Assembly: GCA_913063225.1 (NCBI GenBank)
Contig: CAJXYP010000002.1
Location: 21,756 to 85,755 of the forward strand
Length of the DNA stretch: 64,000 bases
Origin: an uncultured Cellvibrionales bacterium
Lineage (GTDB): Bacteria > Pseudomonadota > Gammaproteobacteria > Pseudomonadales > GM7GCV1
Direction: 5' to 3'
Under the pieces are notes generated by a model. It did no database searches, was not told where the DNA came from, and saw only the letters and a list, made by a program, of their open reading frames with translations. Positions 60,341 through 64,000 of the stretch are shown piece after piece. The translations under genes and the position numbers were made by a program. Position 1 is the stretch's first letter. Each line of letters starts with the position of its first letter.

Positions 60341-61059
60341 GGGATTTGTCCTTCAAGCTCCCAACCAAAGCGACCGCCGCCCAGGGGCCTCGCCAAACTA
60401 CCCATCATTCCAACCAGGTTCGCCGGTGGTGTGATTTCTCCTGAGCCGAGATATGTCAGATCCCTTTCAACAATAAATTCTCCCTCAAGCTGACTACCAG
60501 TAGCGGTAATCAAATACTGATCACCTTGTTGCTCTAGCCGAACTTGAATATCCTCTAGCTGCCCTCCGAGTATGCTGGTTTCAATCAGCTCAAATTCAGC
60601 CGACAAGTTTTGGCTATTGCGAAGCGGACAGTCAAAATCTTGGATGTGCATAGAATGTATTTGGCCGCGTATTTTGGCATTTACCAAACCGGGTACCAGA
60701 CCCAGAAACTCCAATGAGTCCAATTCTACCTTGAGGTCAGTAAGTTTAACGCCACCCGAAATCTGATACGCCACCTCTCCTTCAGATTGGAGCGAGTCTG
60801 TATCAACTTCTGTGCACCAGTTCAGGATTTTAAGCCCCGGACACCAACTCCAACTCAAATTTATAATTCCAAATTCCGCATAGTCCTCTGCTCGCATTCG
60901 AAGTACGCCTGCATGCACTCTAGCGTCTTGAGTATTTTCAACCTCCAGCCCATAAGACTCGAAATCTACCAACACCTGAACCGGTAAGTTAAACCCAATG
61001 AAAGCACCTGCAATAACTAACAACGCAAATCCCACAAAAATACGAGCAGCAATTTTCAT
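60334..61059 (-). CDS. gspN: Type II secretion system protein GspN (tentative)
   Basis: About 240 aa with an N-terminal TM, immediately after gspM with an ATGA overlap. The call rests on size, topology and position; I verified no strong motif. Confidence 0.6.
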   Translation of the reverse strand: MKIAARIFVGFALLVIAGAFIGFNLPVQVLVDFESYGLEVENTQDARVHAGVLRMRAEDYAEFGIINLSWSWCPGLKILNWCTEVDTDSLQSEGEVAYQISGGVKLTDLKVELDSLEFLGLVPGLVNAKIRGQIHSMHIQDFDCPLRNSQNLSAEFELIETSILGGQLEDIQVRLEQQGDQYLITATGSQLEGEFIVERDLTYLGSGEITPPANLVGMMGSLARPLGGGRFGWELEGQIPC

Positions 61060-61574
61060 CAATTTGCGCCCCCGTATTGAATATCAAGAGTTGCGTTAAC
61101 CTGAGAGACTTCGCCACCATCAATAGCACGTAAATCCATGCTGGTAACGCTCGCGCCGCCACAGCTAAGAACACGAACCAAATTTAAAATACGATTACCC
61201 TGAGCATTAGAAAGACTTAATTGATACTGGTTCTCGCCGCCCAAAGTACGGATCTGCGGAACCAATCCAAAACGCCTTGATGCGGCTTCGATATCTGCCT
61301 GCAAATTGCTTGCTTCAAAGATCTGAGCCCGAAGATCACAGGATGTATTTAGACGCTCCAACATATCACGCTGATCTCGTAACCAAACCAAGTCCGCTCG
61401 GCGGTCGGACAGTTCCGTCTGCCTGTCCAAGTATGCAGATCCTAGTGGCTGCAGTAATACCAGATAGGCTAAGAGTAACCCAATAAGAGGACCGCCAAAT
61501 CTCAGAATTTGCTGCTCTTGAGAACCAAGGCCTCCGTACCAGCCATCAACTTTTGCTAGCAAATTCGAGATCAT
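61059..61574 (-). CDS. gspM: Type II secretion system protein GspM
   Basis: 171 aa with an N-proximal TM (LIGLLLAYLVLLQPL) and a ferredoxin-like periplasmic part. It follows gspL with an ATGA overlap. Confidence 0.72.
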   Translation of the reverse strand: MISNLLAKVDGWYGGLGSQEQQILRFGGPLIGLLLAYLVLLQPLGSAYLDRQTELSDRRADLVWLRDQRDMLERLNTSCDLRAQIFEASNLQADIEAASRRFGLVPQIRTLGGENQYQLSLSNAQGNRILNLVRVLSCGGASVTSMDLRAIDGGEVSQVNATLDIQYGGAN

Positions 61575-62686
61575 GGTGATGACCTGCGCATAATGACCTG
61601 CACCTGCCCGGATTCATCCAAAGCCCCTGAAGACGCAGTAAATTCCTGCAAGCTGTTCAATCGCGAAATCGCGCTGTCGTTTGGCGACATGGTCAATATG
61701 GCGTTATCAACGGATATTTGTAATCTCTCGAAATTACAGTCAGAACAAGATCCAATCACCTGATCCAGAGATTGCGTGATACCCATCACCGAACCTGCCA
61801 TCGCAAAATAACGAAGTTCTTTCTTACTAATTAGCGCTTCAGCATCTATCTGTACTTGGCTAGCCGAAGCGCTGGATTGACCAAAACTTGCCTCGAACTC
61901 GTTCAAAACCTGTTGATTGATCTGTATCAGTTCACGGCCGGATTTCACATAATCTACCACAGCCCAACTACATAGGAGAAGGACAAAAAGCGCAGCTAAT
62001 CCAATACTTGGCAGCCACAGGGATAACTTTGGCAGCCTTCTTTGCGCTCTATAAATACCCCTAAGTAAATTGGTTTCTGTTGGCACATCCGAAAATTGCC
62101 AATTAATAGGATTCGTATTAAAAATACACAGAGGTTCTGCCCATTCCGGGACGGTGCGAGCATCCAATCCAAAACACTGAATGCGAAACGGCTGCCCTTG
62201 AGCCACCGCCTGCGTATGTTGCAGCTGAAGTGCTGTCCATACAAAGTCCTGAGTACCAGAGAAGCCCTGATATTGCTCTGAACGAACCAGTATTCGATCT
62301 CCCTCTTTGGTAACCGTAAGAAAACCTGATTCTAAAGGAAGCGCAAAGATATCTGGGACTAACGAATGTACCTGCTGTGAGTTGCTTTCCAACAAAAGCT
62401 GCAATCTGTGCATTTCGACTTTTGGGATAGACGCGACATCCGCAAGGCGATCAGAACTAACCGAACAGATAACCAGATGTAAATCTTCAACAGACACCAG
62501 CAGCTGGTCTTCAAGAATCCAAGGCAAAAGAGATGCCCACTTGCTCTTAGGTGCATCGGGTAATTCGACGCTATGAAAGCTCACCTGATCAGAGTTAATC
62601 CAGAGAGATACAGGCCCCTCGGAAACTCTCTCTGAGAAATCATCAGCCCTCAAATGCTCGTCTATGTGAAGTAAATCAGAATGCAT
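61571..62686 (-). CDS. gspL: Type II secretion system protein GspL
   Basis: Cytoplasmic actin-like domain, a TM about 240 residues into the protein (LPSIGLAALFVLLLCSWAVV) and a periplasmic domain. I prefer the ATG at 62686; the track start at 62716 is a TTG. Confidence 0.75.
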   Translation of the reverse strand: MHSDLLHIDEHLRADDFSERVSEGPVSLWINSDQVSFHSVELPDAPKSKWASLLPWILEDQLLVSVEDLHLVICSVSSDRLADVASIPKVEMHRLQLLLESNSQQVHSLVPDIFALPLESGFLTVTKEGDRILVRSEQYQGFSGTQDFVWTALQLQHTQAVAQGQPFRIQCFGLDARTVPEWAEPLCIFNTNPINWQFSDVPTETNLLRGIYRAQRRLPKLSLWLPSIGLAALFVLLLCSWAVVDYVKSGRELIQINQQVLNEFEASFGQSSASASQVQIDAEALISKKELRYFAMAGSVMGITQSLDQVIGSCSDCNFERLQISVDNAILTMSPNDSAISRLNSLQEFTASSGALDESGQVQVIMRRSSP

Positions 62687-63743
62687 TTTCGTCCGGAGAA
62701 AAGTTATAACAGTCAAAGCTAGATACTAAACCCTGCGCATTTTCAGATAACACGAGGGGAACAGATTGAAATTCTCTCATGAACACAGTCGCTACGGCAC
62801 CATTGCGCTGCATTAAACTTCGCATCCTTACCTCCTGATCAAGCAAACTTACGGTGGCCAACAATTCAAAATACTGGCTGGACACAGTCAACATCCTTGC
62901 TGGCAGCTGTTCACGAAGCTCTGACGGGCTCATATACCCCGTCGAATCTGAAACAAAAGCGTAAAAATCATCTAGAGAGCCAAAGGGTCTCTCCTCAAGT
63001 ACTGCTTCAACTAAGAACCTGTCCATAACCGAAGATAATGCTGTCAACACCTCGGCAGGGGCGGTATTTACATTCACTCCAGTAGCGCCCGGAAGAGCGG
63101 TTATATAGGGGTAGAGCTGTAAGACATCTAAATCTGAAAAAGTTGGTAAGCCCGCAAGCTCATCAATGTTGGTTAGCACTCGATTGGCCGCCAGTCTGGC
63201 GGGGCTTTCCAGCATGTAATCAGGGTCCTCAGAGCTACCGGGAATAATTAGATCTGAGTTGGCGTCTGTCCAATCTACGATCACCGCAGCACGCAGCTCG
63301 CTCGAATCCTGCTCCAAAACCGCGAGCAAATTTAAGAATGCATCCAAGTCGCTGGAAAATAATGAGGCTAACTCGTCGTTCCAGGTATCCGTCGTATATG
63401 CTTGCAGATTGTTCAGGTTGAACTTGCTTTGCATATCTCGAATACAGCCACTAAGAAGCCCGCCTTCGACGGGCAATACTGGAATTGCCTGAGCCCAATC
63501 ATCTTCTAAAGAGTCGGTCTGATTGTCTTCAGCATCTTCTCTGAGCATTTGGCGCGCCCAACTTTCTGCGCTTAGCGCTAACAAAATAGTCTGGTCTTGA
63601 AGCAGTGATCTACTTTGAGCACTCTTGTCTAACTGATGACGATAAGATATTTGGCCTATCATCAACAGGCATATCCCGGCCAAAACCAATACCGCTAAAA
63701 GCGCAAAGCCCCGCTGTCTAATTCCTGAGGGTGGCGGCTTCAT
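62676..63743 (-). CDS. gspK: Type II secretion system minor pseudopilin GspK
   Basis: Prepilin-like N-terminus QRGFALLAVLVLAG and the characteristic VNVNTAPAEVLTAL helix-hairpin-helix-like motif. Confidence 0.87.
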   Translation of the reverse strand: MKPPPSGIRQRGFALLAVLVLAGICLLMIGQISYRHQLDKSAQSRSLLQDQTILLALSAESWARQMLREDAEDNQTDSLEDDWAQAIPVLPVEGGLLSGCIRDMQSKFNLNNLQAYTTDTWNDELASLFSSDLDAFLNLLAVLEQDSSELRAAVIVDWTDANSDLIIPGSSEDPDYMLESPARLAANRVLTNIDELAGLPTFSDLDVLQLYPYITALPGATGVNVNTAPAEVLTALSSVMDRFLVEAVLEERPFGSLDDFYAFVSDSTGYMSPSELREQLPARMLTVSSQYFELLATVSLLDQEVRMRSLMQRNGAVATVFMREFQSVPLVLSENAQGLVSSFDCYNFSPDENAF

Positions 63744-64000
63744 TTAGGAGTCGTCCTCATTATTGTTTGTTCCGCCAGCTCCGTTCCCACCTCGGCCTCC
63801 AGACGCAGTAATAGTCGCCGGAATTATTCCCGGCATCAAACGCGTCATTTCGAGGCCCTCTAAAGTCTGCAAACTAACTTGGATCATTCGGGGCATTAAA
63901 TTTTCGGTATTGCCTTGAGAATTGAGAGGCGGCCATATAGGTTCGAAGTAATTAGAATCATTCAGCTGCTCAAACTGGACCTCCTCCAATCCATCCAGTA
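63744..64000 (-). CDS. gspJ: Type II secretion system minor pseudopilin GspJ, C-terminal part; the CDS continues beyond the window end
   Basis: The reading frame is open to position 64000; the M in the track is a TTG. It sits directly upstream of gspK, and the call rests mainly on gene order. It has an unusual Gly/Asn-rich acidic tail GGRGGNGAGGTNNNEDDS. Confidence 0.6.
   Translation of the reverse strand, partial: LDGLEEVQFEQLNDSNYFEPIWPPLNSQGNTENLMPRMIQVSLQTLEGLEMTRLMPGIIPATITASGGRGGNGAGGTNNNEDDS

Overview
This window looks like a densely packed, syntenic core-chromosome segment of a gammaproteobacterium. The gene order resembles Pseudomonas and marine Cellvibrionales-like genomes. I see no CRISPR array, tRNA or rRNA gene, transposase, integrase, prophage or recognisable defence island.

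Gene content from left to right:
- **1-6.5 kb (minus strand):** mutT (partial), argJ, secA, an M23 peptidase and lpxC.
- **6.7-23.6 kb (minus strand):** the complete dcw cell-wall/division cluster, mraZ-rsmH-ftsL-ftsI-murE-murF-mraY-murD-ftsW-murG-murC-ddl-ftsQ-ftsA-ftsZ.
- **23.9-24.2 kb:** RNase P RNA (rnpB).
- **25.0-29.2 kb:** rsmI divergent from lpoA-yraN-diaA-dolP.
- **29.3-34.3 kb:** sspB, sspA, the cytochrome bc1 genes, rpsI and rplM.
- **34.8-42.0 kb:** zapE, an alpha/beta hydrolase, a degS/algW-like protease, hisD-hisG-murA-ibaG and a lone mlaC.
- **42.1-50.4 kb (plus strand):** yrbG-kdsD-kdsC-lptC-lptA-lptB-rpoN-hpf-ptsN-rapZ-npr.
- **50.5-55.1 kb:** a TonB-dependent receptor with an upstream lipoprotein of unknown function.
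- **55.2-64.0 kb:** the distal part of a type II secretion cluster, gspJ (partial)-K-L-M-N-C-D-A-B.

I found no convincing novel multi-gene system. The points most worth a second look are:
- a 0.78 kb ORF-free, hairpin-rich stretch between rnpB and rsmI, bounded by an inverted pair of related hairpin modules;
- an in-frame cytochrome b-c1 fusion with a linker carrying two extra hydrophobic segments;
- loss of mlaFED and mlaB around an orphan mlaC;
- the lipoprotein/TonB-receptor pair, which is separated by an internal terminator and sits next to the T2SS;
- a frameshifted gene relic next to rplM.

All calls come from reading the sequence and ORF track by eye. No searches were run.
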